From IMG/VR virus record IMGVR_UViG_3300019476_000074, positions 1 to 37,001 of that record: a stretch of 37,001 nucleotides of DNA; one strand, written 5' to 3'. Every line of letters starts with the position of its first letter. The first letter of the stretch is position 1. Shown piece after piece: positions 17,101 through 25,066 of this stretch. The position numbers were made by a program, and so were the translations under genes. Below the pieces are notes generated by a model that was not told where the DNA came from, did not search any database, and saw nothing but the letters and a program-made list of their open reading frames with translations. The DNA comes from a virus.

Positions 17101-17209
17101 TTATCGTATCCACCATTTCTTCATCATTATCAGCGTTGGCTTCCCTTATGCGGTTATCGTAACGATCTTTTGCTATGGTATTATAAATTTTAGTCTTTTC
17201 AAATTGCAT
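14153..17209 (-). CDS. Giant virion/internal protein (1018 aa) with a Gly-rich TM segment and a C-terminal module resembling polyvalent-protein toxin/nuclease domains
   Basis: Residues ~118-157 (AIVAGVGGALLAPLTGGTSLLPVIAGGAVGSALGAAG) are Gly-rich and hydrophobic. Residues ~825-935 (GAKKIMIKHAGVEKTGGLNNDELLNIMDVIRGGDI…IRYAYTLEKNDVKLKVVVDEY) recall the Barnase/EndoU/RelE-like modules of phage polyvalent proteins. That assignment is from memory and has low certainty. Confidence 0.7.
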   Translation of the reverse strand: MQFEKTKIYNTIAKDRYDNRIREANADNDEEMVDTINDIRAQFDAQVPLTQKFFGDKEVVEQKGVDALKQISAELKRQGKGSLVNADGNVLFKNKAGELVDLDQGILKDLWHSTKANKGAIVAGVGGALLAPLTGGTSLLPVIAGGAVGSALGAAGDYIYNANDTGQNVDTGTLANLMLENAGLSVLGDGVGYAVAKGGKALINKAGDVINKSKTLKDSLGNEIKDVDIKQKITNAINNTPLVGDVTSSNHAPAMGDITRSIKAADAVLSPEELAEKEAYLANNKIELNDINTLGLKAKAYAEDYANRTSSPWVKDKVTKAGEYIENKAKGTLDPQITKEQEIALNNAFADPSEMKTIADVIGSDDLVRNKAIKIIDDQAQKRLEAAGIDKNFRINPESFRKLDDQDKALVSDILGSYVNATKGDYNQVVDAFKQVAGDSPLQIDKKGLDDTINSIVANYAKVEDRDKMRIALGQMAQEGFNINKAFDVRRYLNKAIRNSDYTGEQQARALKEVLDDSMFNSLGDDGRLRALLKEQDDKYAQMKALKDTRIFNKNNDLLNDDFSFSKMGELINKNNDVWAKATKGLSKEQISEIEKAYIRNTIKDELTDLGMNRKGFNPIAVAEKLSDAKFVSDEAKTLQKALFDDAKFRPNTKGIIDAIDAGLKTKSQGGSIATSFSGKVAMAFVARSFERLAKHIPLIGKQAGKKNLYAEAFLKAKTTSDALTDIMKNEAIPIKDRFDLLTQAQSKEIRGLIDDFMAKKEQAKSDLIKMDNGAYRQHSMIRPNEDIIEQKGLKDTKINNAIKELEKVNINTLNNEQKNIYDVFIGKKDKIVLQGHDLNDLYSFEQGSRNAGAKKIMIKHAGVEKTGGLNNDELLNIMDVIRGGDINSDSFEQLPSKIRYAYTLEKNDVKLKVVVDEYNDGKKIFDYYSDRNFIDYNNKTKVDTDMDVISKNNQEGVENLLDAIDTSSDKVGLVKKVLLSKDISDGVKAKAVNRLTKNKISQGVKISHISTKNSNNN

Positions 17210-17221
17210 TTTTTGTCCTTT

Positions 17222-18364
17222 TTAATAGTCGCTCACATTGTTGTAATCTTTAGTGCTTTTATTGGCTCTTTTATTAAAAAACTTATTTAACCTCGCATTT
17301 ACTTTATTAGCCTCATCTATTTCTTTTTGGTATCGCTGTTTTGCATATTGGTTACTTACACTATCTCTTTTTAGCTCTAGCTCTTTTATGCCAGCAGGTA
17401 TTGTTATCCCTTGTAGCTTTTGAGCTTTAGCAAGCTTGTCATTATCAACAAAAGCACTATCAAGACTTACTTTATATTCTTTGTCAAAATCTTTTCTTTC
17501 AGCGTCAGCTCTGCCAACTCTCATGTTTTGAAATCCTAAGTTGTTTAACGTTGCTAAGATAGCTTCAACTGCTTTCTTATCTGCTCCTCTTCCCATCAAC
17601 GCATTTATATTATCGCCAGCTCTATCAATCCAGCCATCATAGTCATCTAGTTTTTTATCCTCTGGGATTTGGCTTAGTTGTTCTTTTAGTGTTGCTATTG
17701 TTTTTATGGTGTTACTTTGTGCGAGGTTCGCATCTAGTGCTTTTTTCTCAGCCAGTGCTTTATTTACCGCTGTAACAGCGGCTTTTGGGTTTGTCTTATA
17801 TTGAGCCACCATTGTTTTTACAAATTTATCTTTATCTATCGTTCCGTCAGGGTTTAGCGCCCCATATTGTCCTGCTAAAAAAGCATTGTCTGAATTTGCC
17901 TCTGCAAGTGCGCCAACTTCCCCCTCATTTGCTTGCATTTTTATTTTTAAGTCAAGGTTGTTTTGTTGTGCCCTTGCTTCCCTTGCGTCTTGCCTGTCTA
18001 GTAAAAGTTGGTTTTTATACCATTGATTAAATGCTCTATTCTCATTATTGGCGTCTATTTGAGCATTAATTTGTTTTTCTTTGAGCGCAAAATCTCTGGC
18101 GTCAGTATTCATTTTCCACACTCTATCTTTTTCTTGATTTTCTGCTTGATTCTGTCTCCACGCTTCGTTTGCATCAAAAAGTTTATTGTTGTAGTTCTCT
18201 TGCGCTAAATTTGATCTATTCTCCTCTGCTAGTCTTTGTTTTGTGAAGTTGTTCTTTACACTGTCTTGGTAAATATCCCATAATGCTCTACCAGTTGCGC
18301 CTACTGCGTCTATTGTGTTGGTGTTGTAGTTGAAATCTACTTTGTTTGGGTTAAAATACGGCAT
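17222..18364 (-). CDS. Q/N/A-rich coiled-coil virion-module protein (380 aa)
   Basis: Long low-complexity helical protein placed between the scaffold-like gene and the 1018-aa gene. Confidence 0.6.
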   Translation of the reverse strand: MPYFNPNKVDFNYNTNTIDAVGATGRALWDIYQDSVKNNFTKQRLAEENRSNLAQENYNNKLFDANEAWRQNQAENQEKDRVWKMNTDARDFALKEKQINAQIDANNENRAFNQWYKNQLLLDRQDAREARAQQNNLDLKIKMQANEGEVGALAEANSDNAFLAGQYGALNPDGTIDKDKFVKTMVAQYKTNPKAAVTAVNKALAEKKALDANLAQSNTIKTIATLKEQLSQIPEDKKLDDYDGWIDRAGDNINALMGRGADKKAVEAILATLNNLGFQNMRVGRADAERKDFDKEYKVSLDSAFVDNDKLAKAQKLQGITIPAGIKELELKRDSVSNQYAKQRYQKEIDEANKVNARLNKFFNKRANKSTKDYNNVSDY

Positions 18365-18390
18365 TTTCGCTCCTTTTTGTGAGGCTTAGA

Positions 18391-18717
18391 TTAGTAAGCC
18401 TCGTCCTCTTGTTGTTTATGAAAGTTTGATGCGTTCCAAGCATTGATTAAATTTTGGTTTGCTTGATTTTCCCTTTGTAGCTGTCTTTGTGAAAGCATTT
18501 TGTTAAAGTCATAAGCATCTTTATTTAGTTTAAATGCTTGTTTTGCTGCCTTGTTTTGGTTATAAGCACTCCATAATGCGCCACCAGTTCCTAAAGCTGT
18601 TAGCCAGTTAGGTGTGCCGCCTGCGTCACCACCACCAAGCCAACTTAAAAAGCCACCGCCATTTTTGCCAGCCCCTTGTGCTATATTGCTTCCACCCCAG
18701 TCAAAAAATCCTGCCAT
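18391..18717 (-). CDS. Gly-rich small protein (108 aa), pilot/ejection-protein-like composition
   Basis: N-terminal MAGFFDWGGSNIAQGAGKNGGGFLSWLGGGDAGGTPNWLTALGTGGALW is followed by a Q/N-rich helix. Confidence 0.55.
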   Translation of the reverse strand: MAGFFDWGGSNIAQGAGKNGGGFLSWLGGGDAGGTPNWLTALGTGGALWSAYNQNKAAKQAFKLNKDAYDFNKMLSQRQLQRENQANQNLINAWNASNFHKQQEDEAY

Positions 18718-18727
18718 TTTTCACTCC

Positions 18728-19381
18728 TTATAACCCTGCTAATTTCAAAAGCTCTGCGCCATATTCCACATCGCTCACGTTCTCGCCTTTTTTGGCTCTA
18801 TCAAACGCCGATAGCTCACTGCTTGCATTTGAGCCGCTTAAAATTTCGTCTGGCTTCTCTTTGCTTTTTGCTACATTGATCATTCCTATTGCTACTGCTT
18901 TCCAGCCTACGTAGTTTTCGCCTAGTAGATCACTCATGCCGTGAGCTTTTGCAAACTCTGCTAGATCATCAGGGCGTATTGTTGGATAGTCTTTTTTGAA
19001 CTCTGCTAGATTTTTATCAAAGACTGCTTGGCGTCTAGCTTCCTCTGCTTGTGCTGCTTGTGCTTGTGTGATTTGATCCATTTGAGCTTTTAGTGCGTCA
19101 AGATTTCCAAGCCCTAAGCTATCAAGTAAGGCTTGTTTTTCAGGTTCAAGTTGTGGTTTTGCCCCTTGTGCTGATTGCTCTTTTGCTGCTAGCGCCTCAG
19201 TTAGTGCTTGCTTAATAGCATCTATATTTAGCTCCTCTTTCTTTGGCTCATCTGACACTGTCGCTGGCTCAGTCTTTGCTTCCTCTGTTGGCTGTTCTGC
19301 CACTTCGTTTGTCTCAGGCTCTGCCTGCTCGTTCCCATTTACTATGGCTGTTAGCTCGTTTAGTGCTTCTTGCTCTGTCAT
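18728..19381 (-). CDS. Scaffolding-like acidic protein (217 aa)
   Basis: Acidic, helical, A/E/Q-rich, and located after the portal gene. Call rests on position and composition only. Confidence 0.45.
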   Translation of the reverse strand: MTEQEALNELTAIVNGNEQAEPETNEVAEQPTEEAKTEPATVSDEPKKEELNIDAIKQALTEALAAKEQSAQGAKPQLEPEKQALLDSLGLGNLDALKAQMDQITQAQAAQAEEARRQAVFDKNLAEFKKDYPTIRPDDLAEFAKAHGMSDLLGENYVGWKAVAIGMINVAKSKEKPDEILSGSNASSELSAFDRAKKGENVSDVEYGAELLKLAGL

Positions 19382-19384
19382 TTA

Positions 19385-19642
19385 TTACTCCTCTTTGTAA
19401 TTTTCAAAAAAACTCAAAAGGCTTTCGAGAGTTTTAATGTTCTCGATCGCCCTTAACCTCATTTCATCGCTGTTTTTATCATTTTGGCTAGCGGTAACAC
19501 TTGCCGCATAAAGCCCTAATAGATATTCTGAAAAAGCCCTAAACGCTTGGCATTGCGTCAGCTGGTAAAGCTCCTGCTTCTGCGATAGGCTCTGCCACGC
19601 TTGGCAAAATAGCCTGTGGCTTAAGTTGTTTAACAAGCTCAC
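19385..19642 (-). CDS. Doubtful ORF (85 aa) overlapping the portal 3' end by 104 nt
   Basis: It covers the 157-nt portal-scaffold gap, but its only ATG upstream of the gap lies inside the portal gene. The alternative ATG gives a 25-aa peptide (MRLRAIENIKTLESLLSFFENYKEE). Confidence 0.25.
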   Translation of the reverse strand: MSLLNNLSHRLFCQAWQSLSQKQELYQLTQCQAFRAFSEYLLGLYAASVTASQNDKNSDEMRLRAIENIKTLESLLSFFENYKEE

Positions 19643-21113
19643 TCTCCTTTCCGATAAAATTCTCTGGGTCTTTTATGCCATATAGTGGCAATAGCTCTAA
19701 TAGGATTTTCTCGTTTGCTTCTTTCATCCTATTTGCACCCTCGCCGTCTTGAAGCTGTAAGCACATACCAAATTGAGCTGCTATTACTTGGCTTGCATCC
19801 ATTAGGCTTTTCTTTTGCACCTCTTTATTTAGTGCGCCTATGCCAGTGTTTAGATTGATGTTAAAGCTCGGTATTTCACCACGATTAAACCCTGCAAAAA
19901 ATAGCGGATCACCATATTTCCAAACTAAAAATGCAAGGCGCTCAAATATAGGCTCAAAAAAGGTCTCATTGTAGGTTCTTATATACCCTTGAAGCCTTAC
20001 GCTCCCCTCATTTGCCATAATTGACGCCATTGTCGCTGTTTCTTGCCTAGTTGTTGGTGCTCCATTTTGTTGAGGGCTCACTCCGCTAACTTCGCTCATC
20101 TCTTGTTCGATCACTTGAAGTGTAGCCATTGAAGCGTTGATGTCGCCAGGCGGTACTATCTTGATGTCGGCTGGGCTATCAGTGAAAATCGCACCACTTG
20201 GGCGCTCTAAATCAGCCCTTGATATACTTGCACTTCGGTTAAAAATAATCTTTGGTGTTGCTTGGTTTCTTGTTACGTCTGTGATTGAATTTCTGATCGC
20301 GTTTAGTTCATCTTGCAACGGCAAAAGTGAAGCAAGAGCAGGCTCACCATAAGCACAAACAAACGTTTGATCAGTATTGCGTTTTGTTTGTGGCAACATA
20401 TAGCCAAAGATAAATGGCTGTCCGTCTTTTAGTTCTACTTTATCTCTTAGTAGTTCGCTATTGTAAAGCGTGCTAACGCTCCATTTCTCATCGTTTAGTT
20501 CATAAATTTCATTTAAGCAAATTCTCTCATAAGGTCTATTCTCACTTAGATCAATTTGCTTAAATGTTTTATTTTTGATTAGCTTTTTGATGTCGTTTGT
20601 TGTAAGGTAAATTCTGTGCACGATATAGCGGATGTCGTCTGTATTTTTGGCATCAGGATCAAAATAGATGTCATTTATATCCACTTCCTCTATCTTTGCT
20701 TCATCTTTACCCCAAAACACTTTTACTACCGAGCTTGCCGAAAAAGCAGCTTTTAAAAAGATAGGCGAAAAAATCTTATATAAATTTATTTTGTCGCAGT
20801 AGAAATTTAGCGCCTCTTGCCACTTGTCAATCACATCATGCGTTGAGTTTATATAAGGTTCTAGCTTGGCAAATGTGTCATTGTTGAAGTATGTCTCAGT
20901 AAGGCCGTCATATATCCTTTTTGCTTTTGAATTGAGCTTTGGTATGTAGTTTTTGCTCTTGTTTCTCTCTTTTAGGCTGTTATACTGCTCGCTTTCAAGC
21001 ACCAATAAATACGCATCATTTAGCTTGTCAAAAAAAGGCTTGTACTCCGCATAGCCATTGTATGCTATTTGCACTAGCTCCTCGAGGTAGCTTATTCTTT
21101 CATCGTTCGTCAT
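19539..21113 (-). CDS. Portal protein
   Basis: At 524 aa it lies one small gene downstream of TerL, with an acidic C-terminus. Size and position are typical of portal proteins. Confidence 0.65.
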   Translation of the reverse strand: MTNDERISYLEELVQIAYNGYAEYKPFFDKLNDAYLLVLESEQYNSLKERNKSKNYIPKLNSKAKRIYDGLTETYFNNDTFAKLEPYINSTHDVIDKWQEALNFYCDKINLYKIFSPIFLKAAFSASSVVKVFWGKDEAKIEEVDINDIYFDPDAKNTDDIRYIVHRIYLTTNDIKKLIKNKTFKQIDLSENRPYERICLNEIYELNDEKWSVSTLYNSELLRDKVELKDGQPFIFGYMLPQTKRNTDQTFVCAYGEPALASLLPLQDELNAIRNSITDVTRNQATPKIIFNRSASISRADLERPSGAIFTDSPADIKIVPPGDINASMATLQVIEQEMSEVSGVSPQQNGAPTTRQETATMASIMANEGSVRLQGYIRTYNETFFEPIFERLAFLVWKYGDPLFFAGFNRGEIPSFNINLNTGIGALNKEVQKKSLMDASQVIAAQFGMCLQLQDGEGANRMKEANEKILLELLPLYGIKDPENFIGKESELVKQLKPQAILPSVAEPIAEAGALPADAMPSV

Positions 21114-21402
21114 TTTCGTGTCCTAGTCTATAAATTGTTCTTGTGCTGACATTTGCTAGCTCGCTCACTCTTTTTTTGCTAAGCCCTTTTTGTTTTAGAG
21201 CCGTTGCAAGTTTTACCCTTGCTTGCTTTGTAGGGATAAATTTTGCCCCTTTTAGCCACTCGCAAATCATCACACAAAAACAAAGACGCAAAGCCTCATC
21301 ATCAAGCGTTGCCACTTTCCTAATTAGCTCTACATCAATACGCTCAAAAATATACTCGATTTGTTTTGCCAAATCTACCCAATTTTGGCACTCTTTCACC
21401 AA
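21100..21402 (-). CDS. HTH DNA-binding protein (100 aa) between terL and portal
   Basis: C-terminal HTH (LSKKRVSELANVSTRTIYRLG). Its codons 5-12 carry the 24-nt site also found upstream of the capsid gene. Confidence 0.6.
   Translation of the reverse strand: MVKECQNWVDLAKQIEYIFERIDVELIRKVATLDDEALRLCFCVMICEWLKGAKFIPTKQARVKLATALKQKGLSKKRVSELANVSTRTIYRLGHENDER
21367..21390. promoter_or_regulatory. Second copy of the 24-nt TGCCAAA-N10-TTTGGCA site
   Basis: Identical to 14072-14095. It lies inside the 5' end of the HTH gene 21100-21402 and at the 3' end of terL. Confidence 0.6.
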
Positions 21403-22685
21403 ACGCCTCCGTCATCGTAGTTGATTGTGTTAATTTTTGCTGGCAATGGGTCAAAAAACGTAAGAGCAAGGGCATCCGCAAGGTCAGGGCTAAAGCCAAA
21501 CTCTTTTTTGATATTCTCTTTTGGCAATAATAAATAGCGCTCTTTCTTGTCATAGTAAAAACTAATGGTACTAAGCTGTTTTTTGAGTTTGTCGTTTGGC
21601 ACGATACTAAGTAGCCTAAATTTCTCTTTGAGTGTAAAATATGCTTCCGCTCTTTTGTTGGCGTAAAGCTTCTCATTTGTTGCCTTGTATGAAAATTTAG
21701 CCTCTCTGATTATCCCACGCAATCCAAAATCCACCAAAGTATCAAACACACCAGCACCAATGCCAACGCTATCGATAAAAATAGCATCTGGCTTATCCTC
21801 ACTTCTCTCATATATGCCAAAAATTTCCCTTGCTAAAGCTGTCACACTATCAAGCCTAAATGTGTAAAAGTTTGTGATGTCATAACCTTTTCTAATACAA
21901 AGCACGCTTTCATCATCTCCCTCACGTGCCACGTCTAGCCCCCAAACAATGCTAGCTTTTTCGTTTGACATCTGCGTGCTAAACGCGTTTTCAATTAGTG
22001 CAAGGTTGAATAACACGTTTGAGGTAGTATCTAAAAACTCGCCGTATATCTCTTGGCGCACTACGTCGCTATCTATACCGCCAAGCTCTGCCACCATTTC
22101 GTCTATCTGCTCTTTTTTAAGGAGTGGATTATTAAAGCTTGATATTTGATAATTTTTCCAGTCTTTATCTCCGCTCATCCCACGTTTGGCAAGGTCATAA
22201 AAGCGGTTCTTGCCTTTTGGTACGCCGCCTATAAATGCTCTTGATTTTGGGTTATCCAGTAGCATTGCTCTTATAGCGTTATCCCAAAGATAGGCGTCCT
22301 TTAGGATTATGCCAGCTTCGTTTAGGATCACTATATCGTAGCCAAAGCCCTCAATGTTTTCTGGGCGTTCTGCACTTCTCATATCAAGATAGCCCTCGCC
22401 GATGCTTAGCTTTTTGTCTTGAGCGTGAAATCTATATAGCTCTTTTGGCAAGGCTTTTAATTCAGGCAAAAAATAGCGTTCATAATATCTTTGTAGGTTT
22501 GACGTGATAGTATCTACCCAAAGCACCTTTTTGCCTTCTAGTAGCCACTCAATCGTAGCGTTTGCTATGCCCTTGGTAAATCCTACACGGCGCCCTTTCT
22601 CTATTGTGGTAAAGCGTGCAGTATTTTCAAAAAAGACTTCTTTTTGCCACGGCGTATATGTTAAGCAAAGCGCTGTTTCACTCAT
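21396..22685 (-). CDS. terL: Terminase large subunit
   Basis: ATPase motifs: GRRVGFTKG (Walker A-like) and DIVILNEAG (Walker B). The nuclease half carries conserved acidic residues (WGLDVAREGDD, IFIDSVGIG, DLADALAL). Confidence 0.8.
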   Translation of the reverse strand: MSETALCLTYTPWQKEVFFENTARFTTIEKGRRVGFTKGIANATIEWLLEGKKVLWVDTITSNLQRYYERYFLPELKALPKELYRFHAQDKKLSIGEGYLDMRSAERPENIEGFGYDIVILNEAGIILKDAYLWDNAIRAMLLDNPKSRAFIGGVPKGKNRFYDLAKRGMSGDKDWKNYQISSFNNPLLKKEQIDEMVAELGGIDSDVVRQEIYGEFLDTTSNVLFNLALIENAFSTQMSNEKASIVWGLDVAREGDDESVLCIRKGYDITNFYTFRLDSVTALAREIFGIYERSEDKPDAIFIDSVGIGAGVFDTLVDFGLRGIIREAKFSYKATNEKLYANKRAEAYFTLKEKFRLLSIVPNDKLKKQLSTISFYYDKKERYLLLPKENIKKEFGFSPDLADALALTFFDPLPAKINTINYDDGGVW

Positions 22686-22879
22686 AGCCCACCCAAGAAA
22701 TCAAATATACTACCGCCAAACCATATTTTGTCCATCATCCATATTTTTAGCCCCTTTATTGCTGCTTCAAGCCACATCCCCCCAATTAGCATAAAAAAGA
22801 AAAAAAATACAACAAAGGCAACTACAAAATATTCGCCTATTTGCTTTTTTCTATACCACTCCTTAATTCTCTGTATCAC
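22682..22879 (-). CDS. Small membrane protein (65 aa) between terS and terL
   Basis: TM helix (YFVVAFVVFFFFFMLIGGMWL). Coupled overlaps on both sides. Confidence 0.45.
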   Translation of the reverse strand: MIQRIKEWYRKKQIGEYFVVAFVVFFFFFMLIGGMWLEAAIKGLKIWMMDKIWFGGSIFDFLGGL

Positions 22880-23339
22880 CTTTTAGCTCCTTTCGCTCAA
22901 TGATTATCTTTTGCTCGCTTTGCACGTTTGCATTATTGATCACCGTATCAGCCTCACGCCCTAGCACAGTCTCTTTGTTTCTAGCCGTGATCCTGCTATG
23001 GGCTTCAACGTCTGCTATCCTATCGCTCATCTCTAGCATCTCGTCCGCTTTCTTTTGATTTCTGAGCGCTGCGTTTTGAAAATAGAGCAAATGTTTTGTC
23101 TTTTCGTCTACTATTTCGTGAAACGCTTTCACTTTTGTTTCATTTTCGCCAGCCAAAGCCGTATTTATCGCTACTTGTTGTTTCACTAACTCAGCATCTG
23201 CTTGGCTTATGCCATTGCAAATTTTAAAAACTGCTCCAATACTTACATCATATTTAAACGCCAAGCTTTTTTTGCTAGCGCCCAACTGATATTCAGCGAT
23301 GATCGCTTCTTTTGTCTTGTCGCTTATCTTCGCCATCAA
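22863..23339 (-). CDS. terS: Terminase small subunit candidate (HTH)
   Basis: N-terminal HTH (AEYQLGASKKSLAFKYDVSIGAVFKI), 158 aa, located upstream of terL. Confidence 0.5.
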   Translation of the reverse strand: MMAKISDKTKEAIIAEYQLGASKKSLAFKYDVSIGAVFKICNGISQADAELVKQQVAINTALAGENETKVKAFHEIVDEKTKHLLYFQNAALRNQKKADEMLEMSDRIADVEAHSRITARNKETVLGREADTVINNANVQSEQKIIIERKELKGDTEN

Positions 23340-23716
23340 TAAATCCTAAACTCGCCCTCTATCACTCCAAGGGCTATTTTTCTCTCAAGTAATTTTCGCT
23401 TTATCTTGAAAACTTCCGTCTGCATTCCCTTTACGTCCTCTATTATCCTCTTGCCATTTTTTAGGCGGTATGTAAAATCTGCTATGTATCTGATCTCACG
23501 CACAGTTCTAAAGCCTTGCCTTGTTGTTTCGTCTGCTATGGTGTAGCTAGGTATTAGCACAAACGGCACTTGGCGGTTTAGCTCACTTATCTCGCCAGCT
23601 CTTTGTAAGGTTTCTAGCTCTTGATTGCGTCGCCACTCTTTTGCACTATCAAAGCCTTTGGTCTTGCGGTTGTGGTATTTGTTTTTAACAATCGCCGAAA
23701 CGTTGCCAATTCTCAT
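23336..23716 (-). CDS. DUF1064-family protein (putative PD-(D/E)xK endonuclease)
   Basis: KYHNRKTKGFDSAKEWRRNQELETLQRAGEISELNRQVPFVL…ADFTY…EDVKG matches the DUF1064 pattern. Confidence 0.6.
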   Translation of the reverse strand: MRIGNVSAIVKNKYHNRKTKGFDSAKEWRRNQELETLQRAGEISELNRQVPFVLIPSYTIADETTRQGFRTVREIRYIADFTYRLKNGKRIIEDVKGMQTEVFKIKRKLLERKIALGVIEGEFRIY

Positions 23717-23945
23717 CTGCTACCTCCTCATATTTTTCTATACTTTCGTGTTTGTGAGCGTGACACCATTGATGACACTCTCTACAAACGGCTATTTGTT
23801 TGCTGTCGTCCTTATCTGCCCCAAATCTGCCATAGCGTACGTGGTGGCACTCTATGCTTTGTTGCTCCTCACATATTTGACAAAGTGGGTAGGCTTCAAG
23901 TAGCCTTAGTTGGTAGGCTCTGTTTTCGCTTCGTGTTAGTCGCAT
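23685..23945 (-). CDS. HNH endonuclease (packaging-associated type)
   Basis: Motif CQICEEQQSIECHHVRYGRFG…AVCRECHQWCHAH. I prefer ATG 23945 (TAATG coupling to the upstream ORF) over the track start at 24008. Confidence 0.7.
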   Translation of the reverse strand: MRLTRSENRAYQLRLLEAYPLCQICEEQQSIECHHVRYGRFGADKDDSKQIAVCRECHQWCHAHKHESIEKYEEVADENWQRFGDC

Positions 23946-24241
23946 TAATATCTTACCTCTACATATTCGCCCATTTCTGCATCTGATGAGTAGTGGCCAC
24001 GAGTGCAAAAATAAAAATAATAAGAGCTTGTGCTAAGACCTTGTTTTTTGCAAAACTGGACAGCATCATCACAATCAAAAAACACTGCAACTATTTGAGC
24101 GTTCTCTAAGGCTCCGCTTTCGCACAAAGTCTTAAATAAATAATTCTCCTTATATTTGAGACATCCGTCTTTATCAAACCAGTCGCTGCTATTTTCAATA
24201 TCATCAAGATCTAATTTGTAAACTGCATAATTTAGTACCAT
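23945..24241 (-). CDS. Hypothetical protein (98 aa)
   Basis: ORF in the same-strand gene train. No family recognised. Confidence 0.5.
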   Translation of the reverse strand: MVLNYAVYKLDLDDIENSSDWFDKDGCLKYKENYLFKTLCESGALENAQIVAVFFDCDDAVQFCKKQGLSTSSYYFYFCTRGHYSSDAEMGEYVEVRY

Positions 24242-24272
24242 TCTTTCTTTCCTTTTTTACATTTTGTTAATC

Positions 24273-24455
24273 TCAAAATAGCCCCCTTGCTTCCTCGTTT
24301 TTGTGCTTCTCGTTCCACTTTCTCATTACTTCAAGCACTCCGCTTGCGTCTTTACGGCTTATCTCAAAGCTATCAAGTATTTTTTTATTTTCGTCCGCTA
24401 CTTTTGCAATTATGTTAGCTCCGCTTTCGGCTATTGTGATATATACGGCTTTCAT
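24273..24455 (-). CDS. Hypothetical small protein (60 aa)
   Basis: ATGA-type 4-nt overlap with the methyltransferase gene. Confidence 0.45.
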   Translation of the reverse strand: MKAVYITIAESGANIIAKVADENKKILDSFEISRKDASGVLEVMRKWNEKHKNEEARGLF

Positions 24456-25066
24456 TTGCTCTCCAAATAACGCTCAAATATCTTTTTGCCTATCTCATAA
24501 TCAACTTCATTTCTTATAGCCTGGCGTTTATTTGTTATATTAAACTCGCTCAAATCAAGGTCTTTAAAGTCGCCTATTTTAACTTTCTCTATGATCCTGA
24601 ATTTATCATTACTTAAAAAAAATAGATCAAAATTCGCCCAAAAATAATGTCTGCCTATCTCGGCGGTTGGTCTTATAAGTGGCTCATAGTATGGCACTAC
24701 GTTTTCAACTACAAAAGCTTTTTTGCAAAACGTCTTAAGATACGATATAAGCTCATAAAGTCTAAAATCAGGCAATTTTCTAGTATGTTGCCAACGTAAA
24801 TTGTTGCCAGTATTTAACCTACTATGAGTTTGGCAAGGCGGAGACGCCCATATAAAATCAAAATCTAAGTAGTTTTTAGCAGCGTAATCCCAAGCGTCGC
24901 CTACTATCACGTTGTCGTTTGGATAACGTTTTGCATAAGCTTTAGCTATTTCAGGATCAAACTCAACGGCTGTTACCTCTATGTTTATGCCTTTTTCTCT
25001 TGCCACATCATCCCAAAACTTGCGGTTACCGCCAAGCCCTGCGAAAAGGTTTAAAACTTTGATCAC
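24452..25066 (-). CDS. Miniature DNA (cytosine-5) methyltransferase-like protein (204 aa)
   Basis: Motifs seen:
- I: FAGLGG
- II: AVEFDPEIAKAY
- IV: SPPCQTHS
- VI: VVENV
- degenerate motif X: RQAIRNEV
Almost no target-recognition domain lies between motifs VI and X. Confidence 0.7.
   Translation of the reverse strand: MIKVLNLFAGLGGNRKFWDDVAREKGINIEVTAVEFDPEIAKAYAKRYPNDNVIVGDAWDYAAKNYLDFDFIWASPPCQTHSRLNTGNNLRWQHTRKLPDFRLYELISYLKTFCKKAFVVENVVPYYEPLIRPTAEIGRHYFWANFDLFFLSNDKFRIIEKVKIGDFKDLDLSEFNITNKRQAIRNEVDYEIGKKIFERYLESK

Noticed and set aside
21344-21676. 110-aa minus-strand ORF
   Set aside because: It lies out of frame inside terL (21396-22685) and overlaps the real HTH gene. It has no independent start signals.
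22776-22810. Phase-variable homopolymer tracts (C6 at 22776-81; A6/A8 at about 22795-22810)
   Set aside because: The tracts are short, and Campylobacter phase variation typically uses G/C tracts of 8 or more. There is no evidence of frame ambiguity here.
23621-23986. Two overlapping plus-strand ORFs (121 and 92 aa)
   Set aside because: They are antisense to the well-supported HNH and DUF1064 genes, with no SD and hydrophobic antisense-type composition.
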